Shown: one piece after another, positions 1 to 14,203 of the stretch
Layout of the letters: each line of letters begins with the position of its first letter
Position numbering within the stretch: position 1 is the stretch's first letter
Assembly: GCA_002633005.1 (NCBI GenBank)
Contig: NMRA01000346.1
Location: forward strand, 180,116-244,115
Length of the DNA: 64,000 bases
Source: Phoronis australis
Taxonomy: Eukaryota; Animalia; Phoronida
Direction of reading: 5' to 3'
Made by a program: the position numbers and the translations under genes
The notes under the pieces: model-generated
The model's input: only the letters and a program-made list of their open reading frames with translations
Databases searched by the model: none
What the model was told of the DNA's origin: nothing

Positions 1-765
1 TACGTGATGCTATGTCTTTTCTATCGGCTGCTGCTTGGAGACAAACGAAAAGCCTATTTTTTATGCGCCCACAAATTTATATGTTCTAACTTAAGAAATA
101 ATGGCTAAAAATTTCACATTAACAGGAACAACTTTTTCAAGGTCTGTGTCGGTGACCCTAGAGTCGACCGTTTGGTACTCTTGTGGAATGACAGTTAAAA
201 CTTTCAGAGTTTTTGCAAGTCTCTCGAATTCGTCCCCAACCCCACGATTTCAACAAGAGCCACATGGAGCGCTGATATCAATAGCATACATAACAGATAC
301 AAGAGAAGATAACATTCCCACCAGAGGAAGCAATACTGTTAAACTTAAAATAGGTACTCTGGGGCCGTTAAACACGTCAGCTAGTTGCTTAGACTCGTCC
401 CAGCCTCCAACGCGCAGTCTGCTTCGTGTTAGCTGAAAATATAATTAAGTTCCTGACTGCTTTGACGTCCTCATTAATTGGAGAGTCACGTGAGTTGACT
501 AGGGAGGTAGACGTCGCTTCAGTTGCGGATTTTCTTCGAGCAAACACCAGCGCAGTATATGCGTACAGTGAAATCAAAAAATGGTCCCGCAGTACAGATA
601 ACTGTAATAAAAAGAGCAGAGAATCCTTGTTAGGAGGGCCAGTCTTCTTTGCTAAGTTACGTGTCGCTGTTTCTATGACCCGTCAACAGCTAGAATAGAC
701 CAGAACCGGTACTACATGTAGTGCATGGTACAAGTCTAAGCTAACCTCTCCTCTGCAGACCATTG

Positions 766-926
766 TAGGGGCGGATCCAGGGTTTTGAGATACTGGGGGG
801 CTTTCAGGGCAGAATATTAGCCAGGATTTTGCCCATCAGACATTCGCTTCCCCGAATTGCCAAATAGAATCTGAGAGAATTTTAGGGGGTGATGGCCCCC
901 TTGGCTCTCCCCTAAATCCGCCACTA
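766..926 (+). mobile_element. Short GC-rich MITE (GGCGGATCC...AAATCCGCCAC family)
   Basis: Shares termini and interior with the copy at 31361-31513. Confidence 0.7.
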
Positions 927-1805
927 CAATATGATAAGATCTCGTTAATATTCATTTGGAATACAAAAGCGAGGTTAAGCATGGCAATGTAATGGGTGTC
1001 TTCACTTCGTGTAAATTCGATTTGTTTGTACCTTGTTTCGTTGAAGAGTTCATCCAAAGGGGCTTCAGAAACTCCGTGTACAAACAGTTGAACAAAAGAT
1101 TGAAATATTGCACAGAGAAGTTTATACACGGAGTGATAAATTAATATCGTATCGTCACGGCAACTGTAGTCTGTATTGATTCAAGTCTGGGCTTCGAGTA
1201 TTTCGTGGTCTCGTAAACTGGGGAAAGTTTGTAACAACATTAGTGACGTGATTGGTTGTACAATAACACACAGATCAATGTCGAGTCCCCCCGTTAGTGA
1301 TATTCAAAGTAAATTACCCAGACGAGGCTCACGAATAGTAGGAAACTCGAAGAACAAAAAAAAAAAAAAAAAACCGCTAGCAGAAGCCAATCGTGAAGCC
1401 AAGATTCAGGCGTACTTAGATTCAGTTGAGGTAGGTTCTGTGGAGCATAAGTGGAACGCCCATGGCGTACTACTAAGTCTTTTAGATGAACGAAAAATTT
1501 CAACACTGACCGCAAGACTAACAGTTTATGGGACACTTAAAGGCGAAGGCAACCTTTTTCCATGTCATATTGAGCTCAAATAAGGTTGGTTGGTTATCCT
1601 AAACATATTTTCCACTTAATTACAGCTTTTCGTAATTTTATTAATTACTCGTCCGCTACTGCGGAAGTGACGTTTTAGGAGGCAAGCATTTCGCGCCAGT
1701 TTCTTTTCATATAGTCTGACGGTGAGAGCTGCCGAGTCAGTCATTGTTCTACCTCGGTTGTGTTAAGTTCCGTCGTCGTTTGCTTTCTTTTACTAGTCAG
1801 TCAAC

Positions 1806-2600
1806 ATGCCACACTGTTGCTGAGTACCGGAATGTACTAGTTATCGGCTCACGCGCGCTTTGGGAGTACCTTTGCATGGCTATCCGATGGATGACACAAT
1901 TCGCCGTACTTGGCTCGTTCGTGTGAAGAACACAGCGTTACCCGTCCACACAACGTACAAAGCAGTGGAGAATTACCGTGTGTGTGGCAAGCACTTTCTG
2001 CCCTCCGGTTACGAAAGGGATTTGTATGCTGAACTGATGAAGGTCCCTGCGAAACAACGCCTGAAGAAGGATGCCATTCCGTCCGTGTTGAATCCCGGCA
2101 GTGCCCCGTCGCCACCCCCGAGAAGTGCGATTTTGAGGCGAGAAGCTTTGCGAGCTGTGGCCAGTACAGTGACTGGAGCCAGTGGAGGCACTTCATCTAC
2201 TGTCACCCGTGCCTCCGAACGTACCCCAGAGCATGCAATTCCTGGAACCAGTAGTGATTCGCCCTGTGCTGTTTTCTCCAGCCCAGAGCCTCTAAGCAGC
2301 CCTGCAGCGATATTGAGTAGTGGGAGTGATTACAGGCTCAGTTCGACACCCAGTGAAGAGGACAGTTCGTCGTCCAGTGAACAGATCGGTGAGCCAAACT
2401 TTGATAAGTTTATTGTGGACTTGTCTAAAGTGTTGGAGCTATTTAGAAGGTGCCAGGTGTGTGGCGAGGGAGTCACACGACACAATGTAAGCAGTTTGGG
2501 TGCTCAGGTCACCATCCAGTGGGAGTGTGTCGCGGGACACTCTGGCAAGTGGGACAGTTGTTCCTCTGTCCGTGGTATGCCGGAGGTCCACTTAACCATG
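1806..2600 (+). pseudogene. Truncated Kolobok transposase: THAP domain plus downstream Cys/His zinc-finger region, no DDE domain
   Basis: MPHCC*VPECTS...LHGYP...W...VCGKHF...LKKDAIPSV (THAP, with TGA at codon 6, 1821-1823). Then KFIVDLSKVLELFRRCQVC...WECVAGHSGKWDS. The frame runs into antisense KolX sequence near 2600. Confidence 0.8.
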
Positions 2601-2899
2601 TCCAGTAGTGGCTTGGCCTCGTCGAACTCTGAACAGCACAAGCATTCCATTGAGGTAGGCATAACAACGCACACAGTGCATTTGCACCAAGATGTGTCAC
2701 CACGTCTGTCCTCAGTAGCCGCCTCGTTTCTCTCAACAGCTGCCTATGCCTGTGCGTACTCTGCCTCGTTACACTCGGGCTCAAACATGTACCCACCCAC
2801 TGAATGTCCGTGAAAAAATTCCTCGTCACCACTGCTGTGAACAAGGTCTCCGTCACTCACACTACTGTCACTGTGATACGGGTCACCGACTCCAGCCAT
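2600..2899 (-). pseudogene. Truncated KolX accessory gene (Cys-rich domain related to the P2X7 C-terminal Zn-binding ballast)
   Basis: Manual translation from ATG 2899: MAGVGDPY...GYMFEPECNEAEYAQA*AAVER...RRGDTSWCKCTVCVVMPTSMECLCCSE. Has the YxFEP and WCxCxxCxxMPTxxECxCCxE motifs, with an in-frame TAG at 2746-2744. Confidence 0.75.
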
Positions 2900-5800
2900 T
2901 TACAGCTTACAATACACTAAACATTCCCTAAATCCAACGTAGTTGAGTTCTCTACTATCCTATCTTGCCGCAGAATACTCGCCGATGGAAAGTGGTGGCG
3001 ACAATTGTTGAAAAACAGCACAAAACCAAAGTAGAATAGAACAGATTCGCACGGTAAAGTCAACGCAAAACCAAGTGGCGGGAAACGCTTGCCTCCTAAA
3101 ACGTCACTTCCGCAGTAGCGGACGAGCAATTAATAAAATTACGAAAAGCTGTAATTAAGTGGAAAATATGTCTAGGATAACCAACCAACCTTATTTTAGC
3201 TCAAAATGACATGGAAAAAGGTTGCCTTCGCCTTTAAAACTCTAAACTAAAGCTGACCAAGGGTGTTCATGGATTTTATTCACCGTCAGTGGTCGAAGAG
3301 TGCAGGGCTACCTAGTAGGCCTAGGTCATCCATGGTATCGAATGATCATTTTCTCATTTTTTTCTAGTGGGAAGTGATGAACGATAAAATCATTTTGTTT
3401 CCTTGCCAAGAGAAAAAATGCCGATATTTTCCACGTTCTGAGAAACTTGTCTAATGATTCATTCTCTCATTCTTAGTAATCGCGGTTGTCTGCTACCTAG
3501 CTTAGCCGCTTCGTCCATGAATAAATTTTGAGATGGGCCTACAGTGACGCACTTTTCAAATCCATCTGAAGATTATCCTGATAATAAGTTCGCCCAAGTT
3601 TGACAGAGTCTGACACAGTTGAGAAGTCCGTTGTTCACTTTATTTTGAAAACTATTGTATATTTAAACCAATGTCTGGAATTATTTATCATATGACTATG
3701 CGGATGTCACTACCGGTATTAAACATAAGCATAAGTAGTCTTAATCTTATTATGAGTGTACGTGTATAAGCTCGAAGGCAGACTGACAAGAGTGTTACGA
3801 AAATGCGAAAAGTAATATGATGTAGTAGTGACACAAAAAGAGGAAATGAACGAGGCAGGTTGTATAAATGACCAGTAGGTATATTATTTCAATCACTCAC
3901 GAAAGATTTCTACCATGTCAAGACAAATATTTTATAATATGGATACCTCACAGTTGCTGAGAAAAAATTAGACATTCACTTAGAATTATACATCTTTATA
4001 TATGAATTAGACCTTTGGTGCCGTAATGAGCAAATACCTATTGTGTAGATTTGAAATGCGCTGTGGATAAATCCTTACCAAAGTTGCAGTGTATGAATTT
4101 CCGTAGTGGTTTGTAAATAAACTTAGTTGTTTAGAAAGTAATACTGAGTGATCCTGATGCATGTAGCGTTTGTTACCGTGAATGAAAGATATTGGAACAG
4201 ATTATTGCGATGGTTATGTTAACAAAGAAAATGGGCTCTGTGTGGATTATAAAAAGAGAAATGAACATCTGTTCCATTTGGGAATAGAAAGGAGCAACAG
4301 AAAAGAAGAACTTCCGCACAGAAAGCGGGACGTCTGGGTCTACGTCAAAACGCAAGAGTGAAATGTTTGCCGCAACACACAAAAACGTCCCGACGGCGTT
4401 TTTGTCGAGCGGGAGACGTCATCCATGAAACGTCCCTTTTTTCTTTTTAGTGGAACGGGGAAGTAGTGCTGTGTCATGTGGTAAATTATAGTAGTATTTG
4501 ATGATATATGAGTGTCAACGGGTGTCAAAAAGCAGGACATTTTGACGGTGTCGTAAGATGGCGGGAAACAATTAAGTGTGGGATAGTTAGCCAAGAGCGG
4601 GGCAGTTGCCAAGTACAATTATACGTTGTCAACAACACAAAGTATATCGGAAAAAGGTAAACAGAGCACAAATGATGAATTATTATAGAAACAAAACCGT
4701 AATTATTGATGCAAGCACAAATACACACACTTAGGTGCGCAAATAGCCCTACGTATAGTTTTTCAAAAATCACCTAAACACACCTGCTAGAAGTGGCAAA
4801 GCTTTTCATTTATAACTGCAAAACAAACGCTCATAACCTAAATGTCACTTCCTTCCGTACAGTACAATAAACACGATTTTAACACCTAAAAACGTTGTTG
4901 AAAATTTGCTGGCATGCAGTTTGAAAGGTTGTCAAAAGTGGTTCTAAGACTGGAGAATGACCAATGTAATGGTCGGTTTTATTGACTAATTTTGCCGGGA
5001 ATTCGCTGTTTGTCTAGAACCGTAGCTCAAGAGTATCGCTTAATGAACAAAAATGTCAAAATGGAAATGAAGCGATAACTCCAACACTCAAGCAAAGGTG
5101 AGTCGAGCAGACAGCCGGGAATTCTCAGTGCAAACTCTCGCCACTAGTCTCGGGGTCGCAAACTCTAGTAACAGCATTGGGTTTTTAAAGAGATATGACC
5201 AATTAAAAACCGTTTTAGTCATGTCACGGAGTGACATATCGATTTGGCCGGAAATTCGAAACTTGGCTTGCGAGGGATTTGAACTTGGGTCTCTGGCTGG
5301 TTCCATACGTATCCGATAGGGGAACGGGGGCACGTAGGTCTGATTCAGCAACACGCGTTTTGTTACTGGTTATCATTGGTTAGATTTAGAGCAAAGATAG
5401 AAAATGGAGGACTGCACGCAGGTGGCGTGACAGCAAATATTTCGTCTATGCATTAATGTTTAATAGCAGCGTGCTTGAAGCACTTACAATGTACACAGAT
5501 CTGGTCGATTTCGCCGGTGTGTTATTCATACAGCAACCTAAACAAAAGTCAGCGACAGTAGAAAGATGCTCATCGAAAAGGCACAACCACTAGTTTCCGA
5601 TTCACATATCTTGATAATGTCCCAATTAAGCACCGGTTTGTCTGTATGACAAACCTCAAACCATATCCACATATACATTTCATCCATCAGTCATGTCGAT
5701 TTGTTTACGCATAAAGTGCTACCTGTTGACAATTCGACCAGCCAATCAGAAACGACGTAGACATTTTTTTTCGAGCAAAATTAAATGATACCTGCGTGTC

Positions 5801-8239
5801 CACTTCCCGGAACGGACAGACACGGAGCAAGTTGGGTCTCAGAGTATGCAAGCGCACACGTTACCGCTAAACCACGACACGCGCTCTACAAGCGGTGCGA
5901 AAAATGTATACAAACAAGTTGTGCTCGCTAGACTACTCAATGCCTGAGAAGTATTGTGTACTTGAGTGTAATATTACTTGACGTAAACGGGAAGTTTAAC
6001 ATATTTATTTATCCATGTCATTGAAACGGTCAAATTTCAAAAACACTATACATTGAAGCTGAATAAATAACAATTAGGATCAATAATAGACCATTATCAA
6101 ATACATAATTATGCAAAAATACAAGTTTGACCTATCAGGCGAAAAATATTCCTACATATTTTGCTGTCATTAGTGCTGGCCTGATGGCCAAGTAGTTCCA
6201 AAAGCATCAACATGAAGGAATTGAAGGTTTATACCATACAGCAAGTGTTACTTATATCAAAGAAAGATGAGAAATAAATAGGTTAGTGAATGGTTCGAAG
6301 ATATTAAACGTATTATGAGGAACTCGACAGGTTTCAGAGAAATTTTGTGTACAGGGGCTTAATTTTAGTTTACCCTTACTACTCGTCCAGTTTAATTTAT
6401 TTCAACCATGTAACAAACACTTCCGTGCGCATCATAAACATTCAAGGGGCACTATATAATGTTTAATAAATGTTGGATATTTTATTGTTCCAATCGTGAA
6501 TGTCAAGTCAAAGAACAAACGTCGAAACGCGAGTTCCGTTAGTTTACACCTTATGACAAAAACAAACGACTAGTGGATCTTCTCCTTATGGGGATCGTAT
6601 CCAAAAGCGAGTTCTCATATCAAAGTCATAGCGGGCATGTTCAAAATCAAAACCCCAGCGGCTAATCCAGGCCATGGAAGTCCATTGTACATTGACTGAG
6701 TATTATCCTCATGAACGTGCAGACAAATCCGACCTACATCAAAGTTTTGAGCGTATACTATGAGCATGGATATTCCAATAGCCACAAAATGGGAATGTTT
6801 GTCATAAATCCGATTCGTTTTTTATCAACATGATTTATGTCTCTTAGAAGTATGATGTTAAAAGTAAATCGATATTTTCTGATAAATGACAAACACATTA
6901 CGTAGTTTAAAAAGTTCTCTGCAAATGATATATAACATTATTCTAACATTTTCTCAGATACAATTTGACTTAAAGGGACATTGTTGGTCTTACAACCGAA
7001 ATTGCGTTTTATGACTGTTTTTTGGATAAGATAGAGTTTCTGAAGTTTTAAGTTTTAGCTATTATAGTCATTAGCTTTGAGTATAGCTAAAGAACGTTAA
7101 AACCAGTTGTGTTTTTGTGATTTGATTACAAATCGCCAATTCTCAACGTGGTTGTCTGTCAGAAATTCATTGAAATCAATGACTGTGACCTTAACATTTA
7201 AATACGCCAAGGACTTTATTTCCACCACAAGCGAGTTAGACTGCGACCACGGAGGCTCCGCGCTGAGGCTTTTCACGTCACATTAATACGCGTGAAAATG
7301 ACTTTGAACGCTATTGGAACTCGAAAAACTATATCTTGACAAATAGAATTTTCCAGAATTTTAAAAATAATTGTCGCCCACAACGTGCTTTGTCCATTTC
7401 TAATGCCTGCGTGTTAAGTCGTTTGATTATCAATGGAGAGAGATGAAAACAGTTTAGAGAGGAGACGAACATCACGTTTATTGTGTTTCAACTATTAAAC
7501 ACAATTGTGTTTTCTAATTTCTCGCGAATTGCGCCCCACCAGCGGCCACTCATTCCGTCGCTCGAGATCACGTATGGATCATAATGTTTCTCCCTTCTAA
7601 TCCGATTGGTTTCCTGTAAATTCATCCTATAGTTACAATAATCAACTTAATGTTTTACTTGGTTTCAAATTAATTGGATATAAAGCTGCACTAGCCCTTG
7701 CTAGCCTAAGCGCTTGGATGGCTTCTGCAATTAGATTGATCTGGTACAGAGGTGTGATGAACAGAGAATGTTCTGTATTCCTTGGAAAATTACACTTCAA
7801 TTTCCTGGCACCCAGGACTGAGGAAGCAGCGCAGGAATTTTCAGGTCATGCGCATTAATAGATAGGAATAACACACCTGCATATTGAACGAACGTGGCCA
7901 TTTGTCACCCCTTAACTATTTGAAATATGGTTTTCTCCCAGACATTGGGAGCTCATTCCAGACTGGATAAATTATCAAACCCGTTTTGATGCGTGCATCT
8001 TTCATGGTCGAAAATGACACCTTCATCGACATTGATGAAATAAACTAATTAGAGTACAGGATACATTTTGATTATTACCAGCAACTTCCATGAAAGTCTG
8101 TCTCCACTATTTCGATGCAGTATATTTACTTTGGGGCACCATGTTTGGTGATCGTGTCTCAGTGCGTTTCCCTGCAGCAATTGCGAAAATTGTATACTAC
8201 AGTGTACATGTATTGCCCTCGTGGCACAGAACAATGGCC

Positions 8240-9070
8240 TAGATGATACAGACATTCCATGAATACCTAACCGACATAGAGGCTGCAGTTAGCTTCGCTA
8301 TAGAAGTGGTAACTGACAACGGTCGGCAATGTCTTGATGTGGAAATGATTAGACATGGACGGCAATTAACTACATCAGCCTACTACAGGAGACTTACACT
8401 GGACGTTACAATGACTTCAACTCCAACCACTCTGAAGGAATTAAGAGAGGTATTATCAAATTCCTACTGTGAAGATGAAAGGAAATACGTTGTCCATACA
8501 CACTCCAAGCTGAGATGGACAAACTGGCACAAACATTCATGTTGAAGAAAAATTCACCGAATGGACAAGAACGTCAGAGAGAAAGGAGAATGTGGAAGAA
8601 GAAGTTTCTTAACCAACTATTGCCTAGTCCGGACAGGCAAGGATTTGAAAATAGGAACGGTAAGGGGTAGCTCAGATCATGCGCGCACCTAGGGGCGGGG
8701 NCATTCGGCGAAGTGGGCAAAAAGGTCTGTTTCAGAGAATCAAAAAGTCCGAGAAAACAAGACTAAAGTCCGCTAAAAAGGCGCAGATGCATAGGTTCTG
8801 AATGTGCTGCCCCGTTTTTTTTTCTTTTAGTCCTGTCGCTCTTTTGTCAGCAAATCAGCAAAAGGTCTACATAGCCAGAATTCGAGCCCTCATATTAAAG
8901 GCCATGTGTCGGCAACTACTTGAGGCCCAACCAAAGTCATCTATCAAATACATGTACCCATTGAATTTGGTGTCGACTACTGGAAACACGAGAACTGCTC
9001 TCGAGAACGGCAATAGCTCATCTGGAGTAGCAGAGCACATGTGATCAAAACAACATAACGGGGTCACATC
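8240..9070 (+). mobile_element. Degenerate Penelope-like retroelement fragment (RT thumb region and GIY-YIG remnant)
   Basis: Frameshifted fragments: FHEYL..VSFAIEV..CLDVEMIRHGRQLTTSAY, then HTGRYNDFNSNHSEGIKRGIIKFLL, later KVYI and SGVAEHM. Interrupted around 8620-8860. Confidence 0.6.
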
Positions 9071-10119
9071 CCGATACTCAACAATGATACAGGCTGGACT
9101 AAAAGAAATATCAAAAGGCTATGTACACGAAGTTACACGTGACAATGTCTTCAGTCATCCTGGTAAGTAGCCATGCGAAACCTTGCTGTATTTTCTTAGA
9201 CAATAAGTGCCTACCACGGGTATGCCAGATACTGGTTCTTTCTAAGGACGCTGTAACAGATGTGCATAAGAAATGACCGACCGAACCGTTCATGTAAAAA
9301 GGCTAGATGATGGTATAAGCAAACCGATATATTTCAAAAGTGATGTTATTACGTAACCACTTCAAAGCGGTTTTTAATGAACTTGTCCTTTGCCCTGCCA
9401 GGCACTCGTTGGGGCGTATACCGTTGAACAGGGGGCTTTGGAGATAAACAACGAATACTGCCTTAAATTTTTCGTAAAAGATAGAGTGCAGTTATGTCCA
9501 CAGATTGCAAAGAACGGAGCAATAATTGTGGGCCACAGCCTGCAGTCTATACCTAAGTGTGGCGAATATGGCTCGTGACGTCACGGGTTAATTGAGTAGA
9601 CACGTAAAATGGAGGGATTGTCGAATGACATGTTAAAGAATATAAGTCCAATGAATACGGGATAATACATCGTCAATACAAGTAGACAGACATTTGGAAT
9701 CGTTCATTTTAAATGTCGGGGAAGTTTTATTAACATCAAGTCAGTAATTTCAAGTTTCGTTCCAAAATCCATTGAAAGTGTAACGTATACCTTGGCCACA
9801 TAGAATGCATGGACACCTGTTTGTTTGTTTGAGTCTGTCAGAGCCAAGGTATGATGTAACACAGAGGTACAATGTTTATTGAATATTTAATAATTGGACG
9901 TTTGAAACTGTCTCTTGCGTGGTTGTTTTTAGTTTTGATACCACCCCTTACGGACTTGAGTGCTGGTTTTACGAACTATCGCCAAACGCAATGACGAAAC
10001 AAAAAGGTGTTTTCATAAAGGCGGAGATGTTAATTAATATCAATGGATTTACTAATATTTGCACTTTGTTGCTAATTTAATTACGTTGCCGGATACTTAA
10101 TTATTCTGGTTTATGAGAC

Positions 10120-10203
10120 TATAAAGGACGTCCTGTTTTACACGAACGGTTTATTGAAGAGATTTGCACAAAGTACGACACAACTTTTTCCGTAAAGGTG
10201 AGT
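10120..10203 (+). promoter_or_regulatory. Candidate TATA promoter and non-coding first exon of the calcitonin-like gene
   Basis: TATAAAG at 10120-10126 is followed about 70 nt later by a consensus donor AAG|gtgagt (10198). The first coding exon has an acceptor at 14436 and so needs an upstream donor. A palindromic CRE (cgTGACGTCAcg) lies at 9576. Confidence 0.4.
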
Positions 10204-11379
10204 TTTAGAATTTAGTTTTATGTGGGATAATGCTCGATGTGACCTTTTGCTTAAAAAGAAGACAACAGGCTGTGTCCTTTGTTAACTTATTTTACGTTAG
10301 GGGGACAACTGTGGAAGTTTTGTGAAAAATATTTCACAAATAACTTAAAATTGTGACAAAAATAGACAAGCCTTCAACAACGTTACATACGTATTGAATA
10401 GGTTGCACGACCTTTTACAAATACAAAATAAATTCGCGTTCAATCAAATATCAAAAGGTTAAACTTTATTGGGTGACCAAACATTGGTACGATTTTACCG
10501 AAAAAATAAATAACATTTATTTCAATAAAACTCGTCAAAAGGAATGCTGTAGATTTTTAGTTGTCAATTTAAAACTGCGCATAAATCGGTGGTAACATGT
10601 TTAATATTCTATTCTTCATGGAAGATCTACATATTAGCGAAGTGGAGTACAATAGCTTTAATAAAATGAGGCCTGACAAGAGCGCTTAATCAAAATTACG
10701 CAACACTATGATTCATCACCAACTACATTTCTTCTTCTGTTTTATAAACATGTGATTAAGTTGAAGACACTTAAGCATTGTGCAAAATCATTGACAAACA
10801 TGTCAGTTTAACAGAGTAACAAAGGATTTTATCCATATTTTTAGCGGATTAGCTTACATGTAATTTTTCAAGTGAACAGCATGGTATTGTAGTACATACT
10901 CAAGTTGCACATGTCCTAAACACATACGGAAAATTTCCATAGACAATGGAGTTTCCGAAACTAATTACAACAAGGAGCTGGAGGCCTTACTGAGGGTCGA
11001 ATAATGTGGTCTAGTGGTGTTTGAATCCACTGTCTTTACACAGAGAGGCATCTGTTCTACCACAAAAGCCACACTGCACCCACGAAATAGATATATGGTG
11101 TATGGTACGGCGATATTGAAGTCTCGAGACCTATATTTGGGAAGTTCACTTATCACAAAGGTTGTAGCACCTTTTTTACAAGTTTGTGAATTTAGTCAAA
11201 TATCTATGAAACTATTGATTTTAACTTATCAAAGGTATGTATTTTCTGAAAGTAGAAAGCCTGCAGAATTTGATGTTTTGCTTTTTGCCAATCTACCCAT
11301 AAATGAGTCAGTTGACCACATCATTTTCGTAAAATTTAAGTAAAAAGGTTAATACTCATTCATGGCATAACAACGGTAT

Positions 11380-11640
11380 CAAACATTATGTGACGTAAAT
11401 GTTCAAGATTAAATTTCAAATATTCTGCGACCTTTTTTTGAATTGTCATTTCGTTTTCATTTTGTGCAACTCTTCAGTTTCAGATGGACATTATAAAATC
11501 CCCTCGTACCAAAATGAGACATTTTAAAATTATTCCTAAAAGCATTAGAGAAAACTGCATACATCTAAGTGCCAATGAAAATTTCATGTGAGCCCCATCA
11601 GCCTTTTCTAAGATTTGATGCTCCGAAGTTAGCGAAATTT
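11380..11640 (+). repeat. Old dispersed repeat, related copy at ~26660-26920
   Basis: Shared blocks aatgttcaagattaaatttca / aatattcaagatgaaatctca and aattgtcatttcgttttcattttgtgcaact / aattatcatttcgttttcgttttatgcaact. Confidence 0.55.
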
Positions 11641-13014
11641 AGGCAGTTTTGTAAGGTCCTACTCAATTGTAATGAAAACTTGCGGAATGTTGATGTTATT
11701 AAATGCATGTTCCTTTGATTTGCCTTGACTTTAAACCTGCACTTTGCGGAGTTGTGCTGTTAAACGACAATCCCACGGAGGTACAGGCAATCAGTGGACA
11801 ACTTGCGACGAAATATAAGTATATCTGACCACCGTTAGTCGTCGTATTGTTGCAAAAAATAGAGACAATTTGAATTTGAAATGAAACGAAAATGTATCTA
11901 AGCACGTTTCTGTCTATAAATTGTACTCGATTCAGTGGGCGATTTTTTTGCTTGGCGATCAGAGGAGTTACACAGTGTCACGGAGCACTTCTCTGGGTGA
12001 TTGATTGGGTTCCTGTGCGTAGAGTATACCTTACAAGACATGGGAATGGATTTGTTGTGGTAAAACAAATGCGCTGCACTGCTACATTGCTACTTGAGAT
12101 ACTTTCAGGTAACTGACAGTTTGATGTACATCACCGTTAAGAAGTGTTAAAATCAATGTATGAGGCACTCACTCGCTTTTTAGTGAGATCTGAACATTGT
12201 CAATTAGTAGACGCGATTTTCTCTTATATCTTCAACATAGAACGCAAATGGACAAGTGCCAAGTTTTCTTCAATGCTTAACACAAAGTTTTGACTTCAGT
12301 TAGTTCTAGCTAGTTACAAATCTTTTAGCCGAAGTGCGGTTTCAAACCATCTTAGACCTACGAGCTTATACGTATACAACAGCTGAGTCGACTGAAAGCC
12401 AATGAGCTATTATTTGTACAACAGTGAAATAAAGAATGCAGAGTTCTCTTCCGTTTGGCCGGGGACAAGGGCATGCGCACAATAGGTTTGGTATATGAAC
12501 ATTCGTAACATCGTTGTTTATGATCGCATGTTAAACCCACTTTTACAAACCAGTTCATTGAACGAACTATCAGCAACACTTCAAGATACGAGAGTCTCAA
12601 CTAAAACCAGGCATATAAGACTTTTAAAAGAAAGGGCCACTGCTTGATCAGCGCCAATCAGCAGAGACAGCATGCTATCGTAAGGAAACCACATTTTGAT
12701 GGATTAGCACGTGGTTGGGCCCTATTTGAGCATAGGAAACCAACTTAAAGGCGAATCTCAACACTATATTGGGCTAAAGCGGTTGTTCAGTACTTCAGGA
12801 TTTGGGTTTTAATAATGGTTGTGCGTCTGGTCGTAGGTGCGGAGTTCATTAAATCCGAACTCGAGGCTGCGTATTTTATCTGATTGGGGACAGAAAACCT
12901 TTTCCATTATGGTATGGGAAAGTTAATGAAACATTTTGGATGGTTGAATAACGTGCATTATAATACACATTTTGTGTAGATAAGAAGGAATACTCGCTTT
13001 CATGCATTGTAATC

Positions 13015-13148
13015 ATAGGTGAATCCAAAGGGTCCGGACCCCCTTTTCCCTTGATTTTTGGTGACATTAAATCTAGAATTTGAAAACTGGGCCCCCCTTT
13101 CAAAAATCTTTAACCGACCCCATCTTTTATCCTGGATCCGACCCCACG
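13015..13148. mobile_element. Degenerate GC-rich MITE related to the family above
   Basis: gaatccaaagggtccggacccc...cctggatccgacccc. Confidence 0.45.
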
Positions 13149-14011
13149 TGATATTTCATTCACAATATCGACTTTTACTGCTCGATGCATTAACTGATGT
13201 GGTGTATTCTGCCCAAAAGTGTGACCACAATCCTTCTTATACGTTGGTGGAGCAAGTATGTTAGTAATATGCAAATATCTCCCAAAACTCAATCTATTCG
13301 TCTCTCAAAAGTTTATGGAATGTGTGTCGACCTGTTAAGTGTATTTATTACGTAATTTTGTGTTTACCAAGACAATGATCTCTTAACTCATCGAACAATC
13401 ACGTCAAACTTACAAGTTATGTATTACGCACGTACCTGTGACATTTGGAAACATATCCACTTCAAACATAGCACGAATCATCGCAAATATCAGACTCTTG
13501 ACAGTAAAGCAATGAAACACATGTTCTCTAATTAAATTTTATTGACACATCACTTCACTGAAAGTCGCTGCGTGTGATACATACCAATTCAAGCTTCCGT
13601 CAACCTAATTACTGAATGTATAGGTCATGTTTATACAATTTATTAGTTGTTTCTCACAATACGTTTTAATCCGCTATGCAACAGATTAATGAAAATGTTC
13701 ATTGCAGGAATCTTTCCACCGGTGACTGTCATTTCGTAGAAAATTATTGCGTAGGAATATTCATCATGGCATCCGCTTAAGTTTCAGTAAATATTTGAGC
13801 TCTATCACAGGGCCTCTACATGTATCCTAGCCGATGTATGATAGGCCTTAACCATGTCACGTGTGCTTCGAATCTATCGGATCATGTCTTGGAAACCATT
13901 CCGACTAGCTTGGACTAGCTTGTTGTAACACAGTTTCTCTAATTAGTCTATTTCTGTGCTACCTCACTTCGGAATAAGGTTACGGTGTGAGGGACTACAT
14001 GTAGGCCTACC

Positions 14012-14203
14012 CTGACAATTTGATGTGATCCCACACTGAATAAGACAACCGTGTAACGGACTACTTGCACACTGACAATTTGATGTGATCCTACATTGAA
14101 TAAGACAACCGTGTAACGGACTACTTGCACACTGACAATTTGATGTGATCCCACACTGAATAAGATTACCGTGTAACGGACTAGTTGCACGTTGACAATT
14201 TGA
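14012..14203 (+). repeat. 60-bp minisatellite, ~3.2 copies
   Basis: Unit ctgacaatttgatgtgatcccacactgaataagacaaccgtgtaacggactacttgcaca. Confidence 0.95.

Larger units (their letters stand above)
1541..3233 (+). mobile_element. Kolobok DNA transposon, internally deleted non-autonomous copy
   Basis: Near-identical ~160-bp TIRs (1541-~1700 and ~3073-3233) with AGG...CCT termini, flanked by TTAA on both sides (1537-1540, 3234-3237). Contains convergent THAP-transposase and KolX remnants. Confidence 0.88.

Noticed and set aside
101-698. Overlapping ORFs at the window start
   Set aside because: No recognisable domain in any frame I translated. Possibly a decayed element, but I cannot support a call.
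1860-2813. 317-aa ORF as a functional host THAP gene
   Set aside because: It starts at TTG downstream of a nonsense codon within the THAP motif, lies inside Kolobok TIRs, and its tail is antisense KolX.
11915-12114. Alternative TATA/Inr and first exon (donor CAG|gtaact)
   Set aside because: The TATA-to-Inr spacing is too short (~19 nt). It is weaker than the 10120 candidate and untestable without transcripts.
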